Below are positions 29,073-38,785 of a DNA stretch of 64,000 bases, piece by piece. The stretch is from an uncultured Thermanaerothrix sp. Lineage in GTDB: Bacteria; Chloroflexota; Anaerolineae; Anaerolineales; Anaerolineaceae. The position numbers and the translations under genes are program-made. The stretch covers positions 79,003 to 143,002 of the forward strand of contig NZ_CALIMF010000001.1 in assembly GCF_938028735.1 (NCBI RefSeq). The letters are read 5' to 3'. The notes beneath the pieces were generated by a model. That model was not told the DNA's origin. It did not search any database and saw nothing but the letters and a program-made list of their open reading frames with translations. How positions within the stretch are numbered: position 1 is the first letter of the stretch; each line of letters starts with the position of its first letter.

Positions 29073-29199
29073 CCTCTTATCCAGAGAGGCGGAGGGACCG
29101 GCCCGATGAAGCCTCGACAACCTGGGTGCGTATGATGTGGGCGCATACGCATCCAAGGTGCCAAGTCCGGCAGAAAGTCAATTTCTGGAAGATAAGAGG
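29073..29199 (+). ncRNA. SAM-I (S-box) riboswitch aptamer
   Basis: P1 CCTCTTATC/GATAAGAGG; GAGAGGCGGAGGGACCGGCCCGATGAAGCC, CAACC...GGTGCCAAGTCCGGCAG...CTGGAAGATAAG; directly upstream of metK. Confidence 0.95.
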
Positions 29200-29222
29200 G
29201 CAGCCTACACGAGTGTAGTGAT

Positions 29223-29260
29223 TGCCCCTCCTTATCCCAGAAGGGGCATTTTCTTTTTCT
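29223..29260 (+). terminator. Riboswitch expression-platform terminator
   Basis: TGCCCCT...AGGGGCA stem followed by TTTTCTTTTT; the 5' arm (TGCCCCTCCTTATC) can alternatively pair with the P1 3' strand to form an antiterminator. Confidence 0.8.
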
Positions 29261-29288
29261 AAAATCTCTTTAGGAGGTAGACCCGAAA

Positions 29289-30515
29289 ATGAACACGTCT
29301 TTCATGAATTCGCCTCGGTACCTGTTCACCTCGGAATCGGTGACCGAGGGGCATCCTGATAAAATGTGTGATCAAATCAGTGATGCTGTGTTGGATGCCT
29401 GTCTGGCGCAGGACCCGTACTCACGCGTGGCCTGCGAAACCGCGACCAAGACCGGCTTTGTGATGCTTCTGGGCGAAATTACCACCCGCGCCACGATTAA
29501 CTTCGATCAGTTAGCGCGTAAGGTGATCCTCGATATCGGCTATGATGATTCGAGTAAATCCTTTGATGGTAATACCTGTGCGGTGCAGGTGGCGATCAGT
29601 CAGCAATCGGGCGATATTGCCATGGGGGTAGATCAGGCCTTGGAAGCCAAGACCGGTGAGATGACGGATGCCGAAATTGAGAAGATCGGTGCGGGTGATC
29701 AGGGAATGATGTTTGGCTATGCCTGTAACGAAACCCCAGTGCTAATGCCTATGCCGATCTATCTGGCGCATAAACTCACGCGGCGCCTGGCCGAAGTGCG
29801 TAAAAACGGTATCCTGCCATGGCTGCGCCCAGACGGCAAATCTCAGGTCACAATTGAATACCACTACGGTAAGCCGGCACGGGTTCATACGGTGCTGATC
29901 AGTGCTCAACATGCACCAGAGATTACCCAACAGCAGGTGCGCGAGGCGATCATTGAGCATGTGATTCTGCCGGTGTTACCTCCGCATATGGTGGATCGAG
30001 AGATGAAGATTTACGTTAACCCCACTGGGCGCTTTGTCATTGGCGGTCCATTAGGGGATGCTGGTGTGACTGGGCGCAAGATCATCGTAGATACCTATGG
30101 TGGGATGGGGCGCCATGGTGGCGGTGCCTTCAGCGGTAAAGACCCCACGAAAGTAGATCGCTCGGGTGCTTATGCTGCACGTTATGTGGCTAAGAACATT
30201 GTAGCGGCAGGTTTGGCGGAGCGCTGCGAGATCCAGGTCGCTTACGCTATTGGTGTGGCACGTCCGTTAAGCATCAATGTTGAGACCTTTGGTACTGGCT
30301 TGATCCCCGATGAGGAAATTGTGCGCCTGGTTGAGACTTACTTTGATCTCCGCCCAGGCGCGATCATCCGTGATCTGGATTTGCGGCGCCCTATCTATCG
30401 GCAGGTTGCTGCTTATGGACACTTTGGCCGCGATGATCTTGACCTGACGTGGGAACGTACCGATAAGGCTGAACTCCTGCGTGAAGCAGCGGGCTTGAAA
30501 GTAGTTGCCTCTTAG
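29289..30515 (+). CDS. metK: S-adenosylmethionine synthetase
   Basis: [39 protein letters not shown]. Confidence 0.99.
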   Translation: MNTSFMNSPRYLFTSESVTEGHPDKMCDQISDAVLDACLAQDPYSRVACETATKTGFVMLLGEITTRATINFDQLARKVILDIGYDDSSKSFDGNTCAVQVAISQQSGDIAMGVDQALEAKTGEMTDAEIEKIGAGDQGMMFGYACNETPVLMPMPIYLAHKLTRRLAEVRKNGILPWLRPDGKSQVTIEYHYGKPARVHTVLISAQHAPEITQQQVREAIIEHVILPVLPPHMVDREMKIYVNPTGRFVIGGPLGDAGVTGRKIIVDTYGGMGRHGGGAFSGKDPTKVDRSGAYAARYVAKNIVAAGLAERCEIQVAYAIGVARPLSINVETFGTGLIPDEEIVRLVETYFDLRPGAIIRDLDLRRPIYRQVAAYGHFGRDDLDLTWERTDKAELLREAAGLKVVAS

Positions 30516-30538
30516 AGAGTATTATTTGCGCTACCAGT

Positions 30539-30570
30539 AGCCGGTTGCAGGCCTCTGCGACCGGCTTTTT
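30539..30570 (+). terminator. Intrinsic terminator of metK
   Basis: AGCCGGTTGCAG/CTGCGACCGGCT stem plus T tract. Confidence 0.7.
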
Positions 30571-32953
30571 AATCCTCGGCGGGGGGAGCGGCTGGCCCGT
30601 AATCGAGCACCTCGCGGATAGGTGAATTCGGCAAGGCAGGAGAGATAATTCCTCGTTCTTCCATAGCGTCGATCAGCCGGGCAGCGCGGGTATAACCAAT
30701 GCGTAGTCGGCGCTGTAACATAGTGACCGAAGCCCGCCCCTCGCGCCGCACGAGGTCAATCGCTTCCTGCAGGAGTGGATCGCCTTGCTCGGTATTCCAT
30801 AGTTCACCCTGCTTGAGAGGAACGTGAGGTGGGAGGAGATCTACAGCTGTTTCACCGCTAGCGCTAGGGGAGGGGAGCACAGTCTGTTGAGCCGCCGCGG
30901 TGCGCCAGTAATCCACCAGGCGTTGAATTTCGGCCTCGGAGACAAATGTGCCCTGAAGCCGGACGGGAGCAGCCGCATCAGGGGCCTGAAAGAGCATATC
31001 GCCACGCCCTAGCAAACGCTCTGCGCCGGGCTGATCGAGAATGACGCGGCTGTCAATCGAAGAGGCCACGGCAAAAGCAATCCGCGCCGGGAAGTTGGCC
31101 TTGATCAGTCCGGTGACAACGTCCACAGAAGGACGCTGGGTAGCCAGGATCAGGTGAATTCCGGTCGCCCGTGCCAGTTGGGCCAGGCGGGTAATACTAC
31201 GTTCGGTCTCATCCGGGGCTAACATCATCAGGTCAGCCAGTTCATCAATCACGGCAACCAAATAAGGCAATGGTGGGGAGTGGCGAACATTATATTCTTG
31301 TAAATTACGTACCCCAACCTGGGCAAATTTATGGTAGCGGGCATCCATCTCACGTTGCAACCATTGCAGAGCGCCAATCACGCGCTCGGTATCCACCACC
31401 ACGGGCGTCAACAGGTGGGGAATGCCGTTGTAACCGGTGAGTTCAACCCGCTTAGGGTCAACCAGCACCAGGCGCAAGTCCGCTGGCGTGTTATGGAGCA
31501 ACAGACAGGTGAGGATGGCATTAACGCAGACCGATTTACCTGAGCCAGTGGTCCCAGCAATCAGCAAATGGGGCATAGCGGCCAGATCAGCGGCAATCGG
31601 ACGTCCAGCTACATCCTTGCCCAGAGCAAAGCGCAAGGGGGAACGTAGGCGCTTGAATGCTTCGCTCTCAATCACCTCGCGCAACGCCACACGGCTGATC
31701 TCGATATTAGGGACTTCAATACCCACATAATGTTTACCCGGCACAGGCGCCTGAATGCGGATGCGCGGCGCGGCTAACGCCAGCGCCAGGTCATCGGCCA
31801 ATGAAACAATGCGACTGACCCGCACACGGGTGCGTCCACTGCGCGTTTCGATGAAATCCGGCTCGACCCCAAAACGGGTAACGGTAGGACCGTGAGAGAT
31901 ATCCACCACATGGGCGGGGGCCCCGAATGAAGCCAGCGTCTCTTCGATGATTTTAGCGCGCTCATGGTCCAAATTGTCCTGGGCAGCGGCGGGGGTGGGT
32001 GGGTCGAGAATTTGGTCCAGCGCTGGTAACATCCAGGGAGAGGGAGGCAGAGGTTCAGAAGAGGAAGAGGCTTCAGCATTGGCTGGGGGTGCAGAAGCGG
32101 TAGGAGCCATCTCGGTGGTGGGTTCGGCAGCGTGTGCCCGGCGCGGCTTTGCCGAAACAGGGCTGCGCGGCGTGACTCCCGGCAGGGGTTGAAACTCGGG
32201 AGGAAGAGGCTCGTCTGTCTTTGGGGCGGGCGAGGAGGACGAGGTGGGATGCCGAGGAAGTGACAATCCGCTACGCTTGGTCATTGCCGTCTGCCAGGCT
32301 TTGCTCAGGCGCTGGATCAGCACGGTGAGAGAGGTGTCGGTGATCAGCATCAGGCTAAAGCCCAGCCAGGCCAGGAGCACCACTCCCGTCCCCATAGGCC
32401 CTAAGGCGTCATTAAGCAGCGAAAGGGTGCGTTCTCCAAGCCATCCACCCCCTTTACCTTGGCCAACTAGGATTAGGTTGCTGCTGAGCCAGTGTAGCCA
32501 AGTCAATAAATTCCAGTAGAGTAACCCCAAACCGACCAGGCGTGGCGCTGAAGGTAGTGGGAGGCGCTCAATACGGCGCAAGATCAGCCAGATGCCGGTG
32601 ATCATCATCGCAAAAGGCACCGCGAGGCTTCCCCAGCCCAAGAACCGCCGTAGGGCGTTCAGAAGAACCTGACTTACCGTCCCATTCTGAGGTGAGATCA
32701 GGCTCAAGAACAGCCCTAAGCCAGTTAAGGTTAGGAAGACGCCCAGCGCATCCATTTTGTGTTCCGGAGAGATGCGTTTCCATAGGCTCCGCAAACGGAC
32801 GAGCAGGTGCGGTGAACGGCTGGGTGCTTGGGCTGCCGTTTTTCGTCGTGATACGGTGCGTGTTTTGGGTTGGGCACCTCGCGGACGCGGAAGTCGCTCC
32901 CCAGCCCGGCCTTTGCGCGAGGAAGGCTTGCGGGTCTTGGCTTGTGGGCTCAT
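30569..32953 (-). CDS. ftsK: DNA translocase FtsK
   Basis: N-terminal TM domain, PHLLIAGTTGSGKS, DPKRVEL, IDELADLM, ATQRPSVDV, GAERLLGRGDML, gamma domain LQRRLRIGYTRAARL. Confidence 0.97.
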   Translation of the reverse strand: MSPQAKTRKPSSRKGRAGERLPRPRGAQPKTRTVSRRKTAAQAPSRSPHLLVRLRSLWKRISPEHKMDALGVFLTLTGLGLFLSLISPQNGTVSQVLLNALRRFLGWGSLAVPFAMMITGIWLILRRIERLPLPSAPRLVGLGLLYWNLLTWLHWLSSNLILVGQGKGGGWLGERTLSLLNDALGPMGTGVVLLAWLGFSLMLITDTSLTVLIQRLSKAWQTAMTKRSGLSLPRHPTSSSSPAPKTDEPLPPEFQPLPGVTPRSPVSAKPRRAHAAEPTTEMAPTASAPPANAEASSSSEPLPPSPWMLPALDQILDPPTPAAAQDNLDHERAKIIEETLASFGAPAHVVDISHGPTVTRFGVEPDFIETRSGRTRVRVSRIVSLADDLALALAAPRIRIQAPVPGKHYVGIEVPNIEISRVALREVIESEAFKRLRSPLRFALGKDVAGRPIAADLAAMPHLLIAGTTGSGKSVCVNAILTCLLLHNTPADLRLVLVDPKRVELTGYNGIPHLLTPVVVDTERVIGALQWLQREMDARYHKFAQVGVRNLQEYNVRHSPPLPYLVAVIDELADLMMLAPDETERSITRLAQLARATGIHLILATQRPSVDVVTGLIKANFPARIAFAVASSIDSRVILDQPGAERLLGRGDMLFQAPDAAAPVRLQGTFVSEAEIQRLVDYWRTAAAQQTVLPSPSASGETAVDLLPPHVPLKQGELWNTEQGDPLLQEAIDLVRREGRASVTMLQRRLRIGYTRAARLIDAMEERGIISPALPNSPIREVLDYGPAAPPAED

Positions 32954-32992
32954 AGATACCCTAAAAAATGGGCGGATTTGCCGTTTCTATTA

Positions 32993-33481
32993 TTATTCTA
33001 CCCCAAGGGCGCGGCGGGTGGCTCGAAAGGCCAGTGGAGGAAGGTGCTCACGATCGAAGAATCCTACGCGGTCTGCATCATCACCCGGGCGCAGGGTACC
33101 GCCAACACGCCTGGCACGGTAAACGATGACGATATCAGCGCCGCGCTCGTGCTCACGCCCACTGATGACTTCCACTAGTCCGGTCACTTGAATTTCCAAG
33201 CCAGTTTCTTCGAACGTTTCGCGTTCTGCGGCACGGGCAGGATCTTCACCGGCATCTACGAAACCCGCCGGTAGGGTCCAATAGCCTTGGTAAGGCTCGT
33301 TGACGCGGCGTGTGAGCAAGATTTTGCCTTCCTCTTCTACGATGGCGGCGGCAGCTACTTTGGGGTCGGCAAAGTAAATCCAACCGCACTGAGGGCAGGT
33401 GGGGCGTTCCTGTCCAAATAGAAAGCGTGAGACGACGGGCACACCACAATAGGGGCAAAAGCGAATCGGACGTTGGTTCAT
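32993..33481 (-). CDS. Nudix hydrolase with N-terminal zinc ribbon
   Basis: FCPYCG...CPQCG, Nudix box GFVDAGEDPARAAERETFEETGL; ATG 33481 overlaps the upstream stop (TGATG). Confidence 0.9.
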   Translation of the reverse strand: MNQRPIRFCPYCGVPVVSRFLFGQERPTCPQCGWIYFADPKVAAAAIVEEEGKILLTRRVNEPYQGYWTLPAGFVDAGEDPARAAERETFEETGLEIQVTGLVEVISGREHERGADIVIVYRARRVGGTLRPGDDADRVGFFDREHLPPLAFRATRRALGVE

Positions 33482-34308
33482 CAGGAACGCGACTTTCGGA
33501 TCAAAAGTATGGTGCTCAGGACAAGGGCGATCCCAATCAACCCGGCCTGAATCCAACGCCTGAGCGGGACTCCGCTGCCCCGAGGGCCCTCGGGGGTAGG
33601 GAGAGCAGAAGGCGTGGCTATGTATATTTTACCCCGCTCTTCAGGCGCCGGCAGTCCCAAAATGGGGTTGGGGGTTTCGTTGGCTGGGCCCTGCAACGTA
33701 CGTATTTCGGGGGTAGCCTGTGGGGGTGTCAACGGCTGGGAGGGGTAAGGCGGGGGAACCACCAAGGGCGCAGGGGTGGTAGGGGGGAGCGGTGGGTGCT
33801 CTGGAACTGTCCCTTTAGAACTGCCTCCGCCCATGTCCGCGGCGCCTTCGCCGCCCATGCCCATAGTGCCGGCAGGTGGAGGTGGCCCGCCCCAATAAAC
33901 GATAACAGCGGTGGGGGTGGGCTCGGTCATGCCCAGAGCCTCTATTTGTGGAGCGCTGGGCGCTATGGTGCGCATCGCCCTCCCGCCTTCCGGTAAGGGA
34001 AGCCACTCGAGCAAGACAGCTAGAACCACTAAGAAGATGGCCAGCGCTGGGGCGAGTTGCCAAATCAGCGAGGGGCGTGGCTGGTGAGAAGTCACCATAG
34101 CAGGCGTTAGCGTGAAAGCACGGGGAGCTTTATGCCGCGGAGCCTGGCGGAGCACATGCCGAGTTTGGCGCAGGCTATCCCAGGCTTCACGGTATTCGGG
34201 GCGCGTACGTAGTTGCTCTTCCACCTGGCGACGCTCGCGCTCGCTGAGCTGATCATCCAGGTAGGCAGAGAGGCGTTCCCAGTCCTTGTAGGAGAGCCGC
34301 GTTTTCAT
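33481..34308 (-). CDS. Membrane anti-sigma factor
   Basis: N-terminal anti-sigma-domain-like LSAYLDDQL...APRAFTL, two TM helices, coupled to the ECF sigma gene. Confidence 0.8.
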   Translation of the reverse strand: MKTRLSYKDWERLSAYLDDQLSERERRQVEEQLRTRPEYREAWDSLRQTRHVLRQAPRHKAPRAFTLTPAMVTSHQPRPSLIWQLAPALAIFLVVLAVLLEWLPLPEGGRAMRTIAPSAPQIEALGMTEPTPTAVIVYWGGPPPPAGTMGMGGEGAADMGGGSSKGTVPEHPPLPPTTPAPLVVPPPYPSQPLTPPQATPEIRTLQGPANETPNPILGLPAPEERGKIYIATPSALPTPEGPRGSGVPLRRWIQAGLIGIALVLSTILLIRKSRS

Positions 34309-34913
34309 ACCATTTCCTCTTTATCTAGACGAAAGCGGGCTGGCAATAGTTCCGCGAATCCGGCTAGACAGTCGCGCAAGCGGAAACGGGCGCGCGCCAA
34401 GCGGCTCTTGATCGTGCCCAGGGGTTTGCTTAAAATCTGGGCCACTTCGTTATAGTCATATCCTTCCACATCTACCATGATCACCACAGCGCGAAAATCT
34501 TCCGGGAGTTGCTGCAAGCAGTGAGTAATGGCTTTTTCAACCTCACGCATCTGAACGGCTTCTTCAGGCGAGAGGTGGTTATCGGCGAGCCAGGTTGGCG
34601 ATTCGATTTCCTCTTCATCGCGGTTGAAGGGCTCGAGCGTCACCGTGGGGCGGCGCTTGCGCCGCCGCAATTCATCGTAGCAAGCATTGGTGACCATTCG
34701 TAGCACCCAGGCGCGGAAGGAACCACCGCGGTAAGTTTTGAGGTTACGGTAAGCTGCGATAAAGGCGATTTGGGTAACATCTGCCGCCGCATCGGGGTCA
34801 TTGAGCATGCGGTAAGCCAAATTGTAAGCACTATCCTGGTAGGTCAGTACCAACTGGTTGAACGCCTCCAGGTCACCCTCTAGCGCGCGGGCGATATAAG
34901 TGGTTTCGTTCAC
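34305..34913 (-). CDS. ECF RNA polymerase sigma factor
   Basis: GDLEAFNQLV, region 2 AADVTQIAF...FRAWVLRMVTN, region 4 YNEVAQIL..PLGTIKSRLARAR; GTG start at 34913. Confidence 0.94.
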   Translation of the reverse strand: MNETTYIARALEGDLEAFNQLVLTYQDSAYNLAYRMLNDPDAAADVTQIAFIAAYRNLKTYRGGSFRAWVLRMVTNACYDELRRRKRRPTVTLEPFNRDEEEIESPTWLADNHLSPEEAVQMREVEKAITHCLQQLPEDFRAVVIMVDVEGYDYNEVAQILSKPLGTIKSRLARARFRLRDCLAGFAELLPARFRLDKEEMV

Positions 34914-34914
34914 G

Positions 34915-35310
34915 TCAGCCCTTTCTCGAGCGGAGCACCAAAGCGGCAATCTCACGCCAAACAGCCATACCAACGCCAACCGTTGCGGTTAGCACCAGGA
35001 CAAACAGAGGGATCACGGTGGTTTGGAGCCAAAAGCCACGCAGCCAGGCTGCCAACGGAACGGTGAGGAGAGCAGCCCGAAGAGCGCGCCCGCTCACCCC
35101 AAGGCGGCTAGCCAAAGTAAGTTGGTAGAGCCCTAAGGCAGGGGCGCTCAGTGCCCATCCAATAAGCAGGGGGATAAATGTTGAAAGCCAGCGGCTTGAG
35201 GCCAGGGTCAGCCCATGTGTGATTTCCCCAGCCAGTGTTACCCCCAGCAGGACGAATCCATCCCCTAGGATGATCCAATTAGGAACGCGGGGAGAATGTT
35301 GAAGTGCCAC
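34915..35310 (-). CDS. DUF3054-like membrane protein
   Basis: Four TM segments with GD...G..TH, P.LIGW and a C-terminal WR pattern; start uncertain (35310-35346). Confidence 0.6.
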   Translation of the reverse strand: MALQHSPRVPNWIILGDGFVLLGVTLAGEITHGLTLASSRWLSTFIPLLIGWALSAPALGLYQLTLASRLGVSGRALRAALLTVPLAAWLRGFWLQTTVIPLFVLVLTATVGVGMAVWREIAALVLRSRKG

Positions 35311-35516
35311 GTCAGTTATCCTATCCCAAAGAAAAGGGGGCGTCAAGTCAAAGCGGTAAGTTGATTATGGGGGCAATCCCTGATCTTGGGAAGGGAAACT
35401 CAAGAAAGGTGTTTCACGTATTATAATCAGCCTAGTATGATTATCAATATCCTTAAGCGCCTCAAAGGGACGTGAGAGTAAGGTGTGAGATCGGCGAGCA
35501 CAAACGGGGATAGGTC

Positions 35517-36167
35517 ATGGAAGGGTTTCTCAACGGCTTAGACCGTGCGATAGGATGGCTTCACCTTATCCCGCTTGCTCCGGTAGGGGGATGGTTTTAC
35601 CCTCTGTTGGTGCTCATGGTGGCCCTAGAAGGCCCCATTTCGATTTTATTGGCGGCCACGGCAGCTTCTGCCGGCTTTGTTGCTCCCTTTCCGGTCTTTG
35701 TCGCGGCATCGCTGGGTAACTTGATTGCAGATATGCTGTGGTACACCCTTGGCTATATCGGGCGTTTAGAATGGCTGGCGCGCTGGCGTTGGCTGGGAGT
35801 CCGTCGCGAACACATCGAAGGATTGCAAGAACTGGTTCAACGCCATGCGCTTAAGATCCTGGTAGTTGCCAAACTCACTAACGGGATGATCATCCCGGCG
35901 CTGATTGCTACCGGGTTGGCGCGGGTGCCTTTGCGCCGCTGGTTTGGGGCAATTTTTGTTACTAATCTGGTGATTACGGGGGCTTTTGTGGCGGCCGGTT
36001 ACTATATGGCCAACAGTCTGATGCACATTACCCAAGGTGTGCGGTATTTGGCCACTGCTTCTACCCTTCTTTTTCTTATATTGGGTATGTTCTTTGTGCC
36101 GCGTTTGTTGCGCCGTCATCCAGCATTTAAGATCGAAGACGCTACGCCCAAAGAACATAAGAGCTGA
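35517..36167 (+). CDS. DedA/VTT-family membrane protein
   Basis: LEGP, GNLIAD.LWY.LG, K(for R)LTNG pattern of DedA proteins. Confidence 0.8.
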   Translation: MEGFLNGLDRAIGWLHLIPLAPVGGWFYPLLVLMVALEGPISILLAATAASAGFVAPFPVFVAASLGNLIADMLWYTLGYIGRLEWLARWRWLGVRREHIEGLQELVQRHALKILVVAKLTNGMIIPALIATGLARVPLRRWFGAIFVTNLVITGAFVAAGYYMANSLMHITQGVRYLATASTLLFLILGMFFVPRLLRRHPAFKIEDATPKEHKS

Positions 36168-37963
36168 TGTTTGCTATGCGTATCCTAATCGTTACCACCA
36201 CTTTTCCGCCCCATTTGAATGGGCAAGCCACCTTCAGCGGCAACTTGGCCCAAGGGCTGGTGAAACATGGGCATTGGGTAGGCGTGGTAGTGCCGCAGCG
36301 CGGTTGGAAACTGAAAGTGGAGGAATACGGTAACTTGAGCGTGTGGCGCGTGCCGGGCTTACCCCTTAGCCTGCTTCGTAACGAGTTGGTGTGGGTGTGG
36401 CGCTTGGGCACGTTGATGCGAGGTATCTTCAACGCCGTTCAACCCGAAATTGTTCACTTGCAGGACTCCTCCCCTTTATGCCGGGCGGCTCTCAAAGAGG
36501 CCCGCCGTCGAGGAATTCCAGTTTTAGCAACCCATCATCCTGGCCCGGAGATCTGGGCGCCGTATTTTTCGTGGCTGGCACGTTATTTCCGTCCCATAGT
36601 GGCTTGGGCCGCTTGGCGCTGGATGCTCTCTTACCTCAACCGCGTGGATGGTGTCGTCGTGCCCTCTACGGCCGCAGCGCAGATATTGCGTCAGCAACGA
36701 TTGCGCTCTCCACTTCATATCATCTCGTGCGGTGTGGATTGGCAGGGTTGGCAGGCCCAACCGCCGGTTGATCCTCGAACGGTGCGGCAGGCCTGGAATT
36801 TGGATCCGGATCGGCCTCTTTTTCTTTACGTGGGACGCCTGGATCCGGAAAAGCGGTTGCCGGTGTTGCTCAAAGCTGTGGCTGAGGTTCAGGGAAGGCC
36901 CTTCCAGGTAGCATTGGCAGGGGAAGGGGGGATGGAAGCCACGTTGCGCCGTTGGGTGTCTGCGCATCATCTCCAGGATCGGGTGCAGTTTTTGGGCTGG
37001 GTGCCGCGCGAAGCGGTGATCCAATTGTTACAGGCAGCGGATGTGTTTGTCATGCCTGGCGATGTGGAGTCGTTGAGCCTGGCTACGCTGGAGGCCATGG
37101 CTTGTGGCAAGCCGGTAATTGCTGCCCGTGCCATGGCCTTGCCGGAACTGGTCCATCACGGGGAGAACGGCCGTCTATTCCAACCCGGTGACCCCAACGA
37201 CCTGGCGATTCAAATCCAATGGTTTCTGGAACATCCTGAAACCTGGGCGGTCATGGGGGAGCGAGGGCGTCAGATGGCCCAAGCCCACGATCTTAATCAC
37301 ACCATTGCACATTACGAGCGCCTCTACCATCAACTCGGTGCGCCTGAGGTTTCACCCTTGCCGGTATCTGGAACCCAGACAGCGTGGGGGGGTGCGCGCT
37401 TTTCAATCTCACGGATTTTGGCAGTGCTTCTGGTGGTTTTGGGAGCGCTCTTTTTGAGCGATATGTACCGCGCCCCGGCAGCTTCGGCTTCAGGACTCAC
37501 TCTGGATGAGATGCGAACGGCTGTGGTAGAGCGCTTGGAGCGCCTATTTGAGCAGCGCAATGGAGGAGCACAATTACCGGACGGATCTATCTTCCCCTGG
37601 CAGCATCTGGGAGGCCCGGTGCGCATGGCCTTATTTGCCCGTGGTCACGGAAGAATGTGCCCACCGTTGATTCTGGAGTGGCAGCCGCTTCCGACCTGGC
37701 TTACTGAGGGCGAATCAGGTTCCCCGATGGTGGCACAGGCTTTGGTGATCGTGGAAAGTGATTTAGATGCCAAGCGCCTGCAAATGGTCTGGCAACCCCA
37801 TGGTTGTGCCAACTTGTCTGAGGTACCTGACTCTGAGCAATCGCTGTTGCAATCTTATAAAGTGCTAGCGTGTCAGGTCTCGCCTGCTCAGGAGGACCCG
37901 GACGCCTTGCGTTGCGGTTTTCAGGTACTAGAAGACTGGGTGCAGTCGGGGATCACGCCTTAG
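36167..37963 (+). CDS. GT4-family glycosyltransferase with C-terminal TM helix and extra domain
   Basis: MRILI..TF.P..NG, YVGRLDPEK, ADVFVMP..ES.SLATLEAMACGKPVIA; about 190-aa C-terminal extension. Confidence 0.85.
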   Translation: MFAMRILIVTTTFPPHLNGQATFSGNLAQGLVKHGHWVGVVVPQRGWKLKVEEYGNLSVWRVPGLPLSLLRNELVWVWRLGTLMRGIFNAVQPEIVHLQDSSPLCRAALKEARRRGIPVLATHHPGPEIWAPYFSWLARYFRPIVAWAAWRWMLSYLNRVDGVVVPSTAAAQILRQQRLRSPLHIISCGVDWQGWQAQPPVDPRTVRQAWNLDPDRPLFLYVGRLDPEKRLPVLLKAVAEVQGRPFQVALAGEGGMEATLRRWVSAHHLQDRVQFLGWVPREAVIQLLQAADVFVMPGDVESLSLATLEAMACGKPVIAARAMALPELVHHGENGRLFQPGDPNDLAIQIQWFLEHPETWAVMGERGRQMAQAHDLNHTIAHYERLYHQLGAPEVSPLPVSGTQTAWGGARFSISRILAVLLVVLGALFLSDMYRAPAASASGLTLDEMRTAVVERLERLFEQRNGGAQLPDGSIFPWQHLGGPVRMALFARGHGRMCPPLILEWQPLPTWLTEGESGSPMVAQALVIVESDLDAKRLQMVWQPHGCANLSEVPDSEQSLLQSYKVLACQVSPAQEDPDALRCGFQVLEDWVQSGITP

Positions 37964-38705
37964 AGGGGGATAAGGCCAGTTCCCCCGCCCATCCAAATAG
38001 ATCCAACGCAGCGCGTTCATCCTGAATGCTTTGCATGAGTAAAAAGACTTCGGCTTGGGGAGTGTATCCCCAGTCGTGGAGGACGCCGGGGATGCTGCCG
38101 GTTTTGTGGCAGAAGGTGACCGCATCTGGGTTGAGGTTGCGCTTGAGCAAGCGGTCATCCTGGTTCAGGCTGAGAACCTGATCCACCCACTGCCGTTCCG
38201 GTGGTTCGAGATCGCGGATCAGCGCGAACAGATGGATGCAGTCGGTAGGGCTGATCCAGTTATCCAGACCGCGGGCACGTGCCTCGAAGTCCATAAGTTT
38301 CCGCTGGATCACCGTACCGGCTAGCCCTAGACCGGTCTGGAAGACCCGATTGAGGCGCTCAAGACCAACTCGGCGAATGACCAGGTTCGTGCACAGGTTA
38401 TCAGAAGTGGTGATCATCATAAGCAGGACATCATGGTAAGTTAGGCGGCGTGTGGTCATCATCCAGGCAAAGCCGGCTCCCCGAACCTGGGGTTCCTCAT
38501 CCAGGCTGCACCATTCATTCCGATTCAGTTGTCCTTCGCGTTCTAAGTACAGCCAAGCCAGCAGGATGGGGACTTTGATCAGCGAAGCTGCGGAAAAGCG
38601 TTCGCAATTGGCTTGCAAATGAGCGGGTTCCCCCTGGCGATGTAAGTAAAAGGCATACTGGGTGCCTGATTCGCGCAGAGCACGAAGAAAATCGGATAGT
38701 TGCAC
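37953..38705 (-). CDS. Serine hydrolase, class A beta-lactamase-like (Beta-lactamase2 family), cytoplasmic
   Basis: SxxK (ASLIK), SDN, KTG; no signal peptide; GTG 38705 after GGAGG. Confidence 0.85.
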   Translation of the reverse strand: MQLSDFLRALRESGTQYAFYLHRQGEPAHLQANCERFSAASLIKVPILLAWLYLEREGQLNRNEWCSLDEEPQVRGAGFAWMMTTRRLTYHDVLLMMITTSDNLCTNLVIRRVGLERLNRVFQTGLGLAGTVIQRKLMDFEARARGLDNWISPTDCIHLFALIRDLEPPERQWVDQVLSLNQDDRLLKRNLNPDAVTFCHKTGSIPGVLHDWGYTPQAEVFLLMQSIQDERAALDLFGWAGELALSPSKA

Positions 38706-38785
38706 ACTGCCCTCCGTTAAAGCATGGGATGCTTTTATTCTACCCTCAATCGCAGCCCAGCTCTTGGTGAGGGCTGCCGGCTGGT

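Noticed and set aside
35422-35445. ATAATCA-N8-TGATTAT inverted repeat
   Set aside because: Short, AT-rich and coincident with -10-like hexamers; not enough to call an operator
37953-38705. Beta-lactam resistance gene call
   Set aside because: No export signal and no clear Glu166 equivalent
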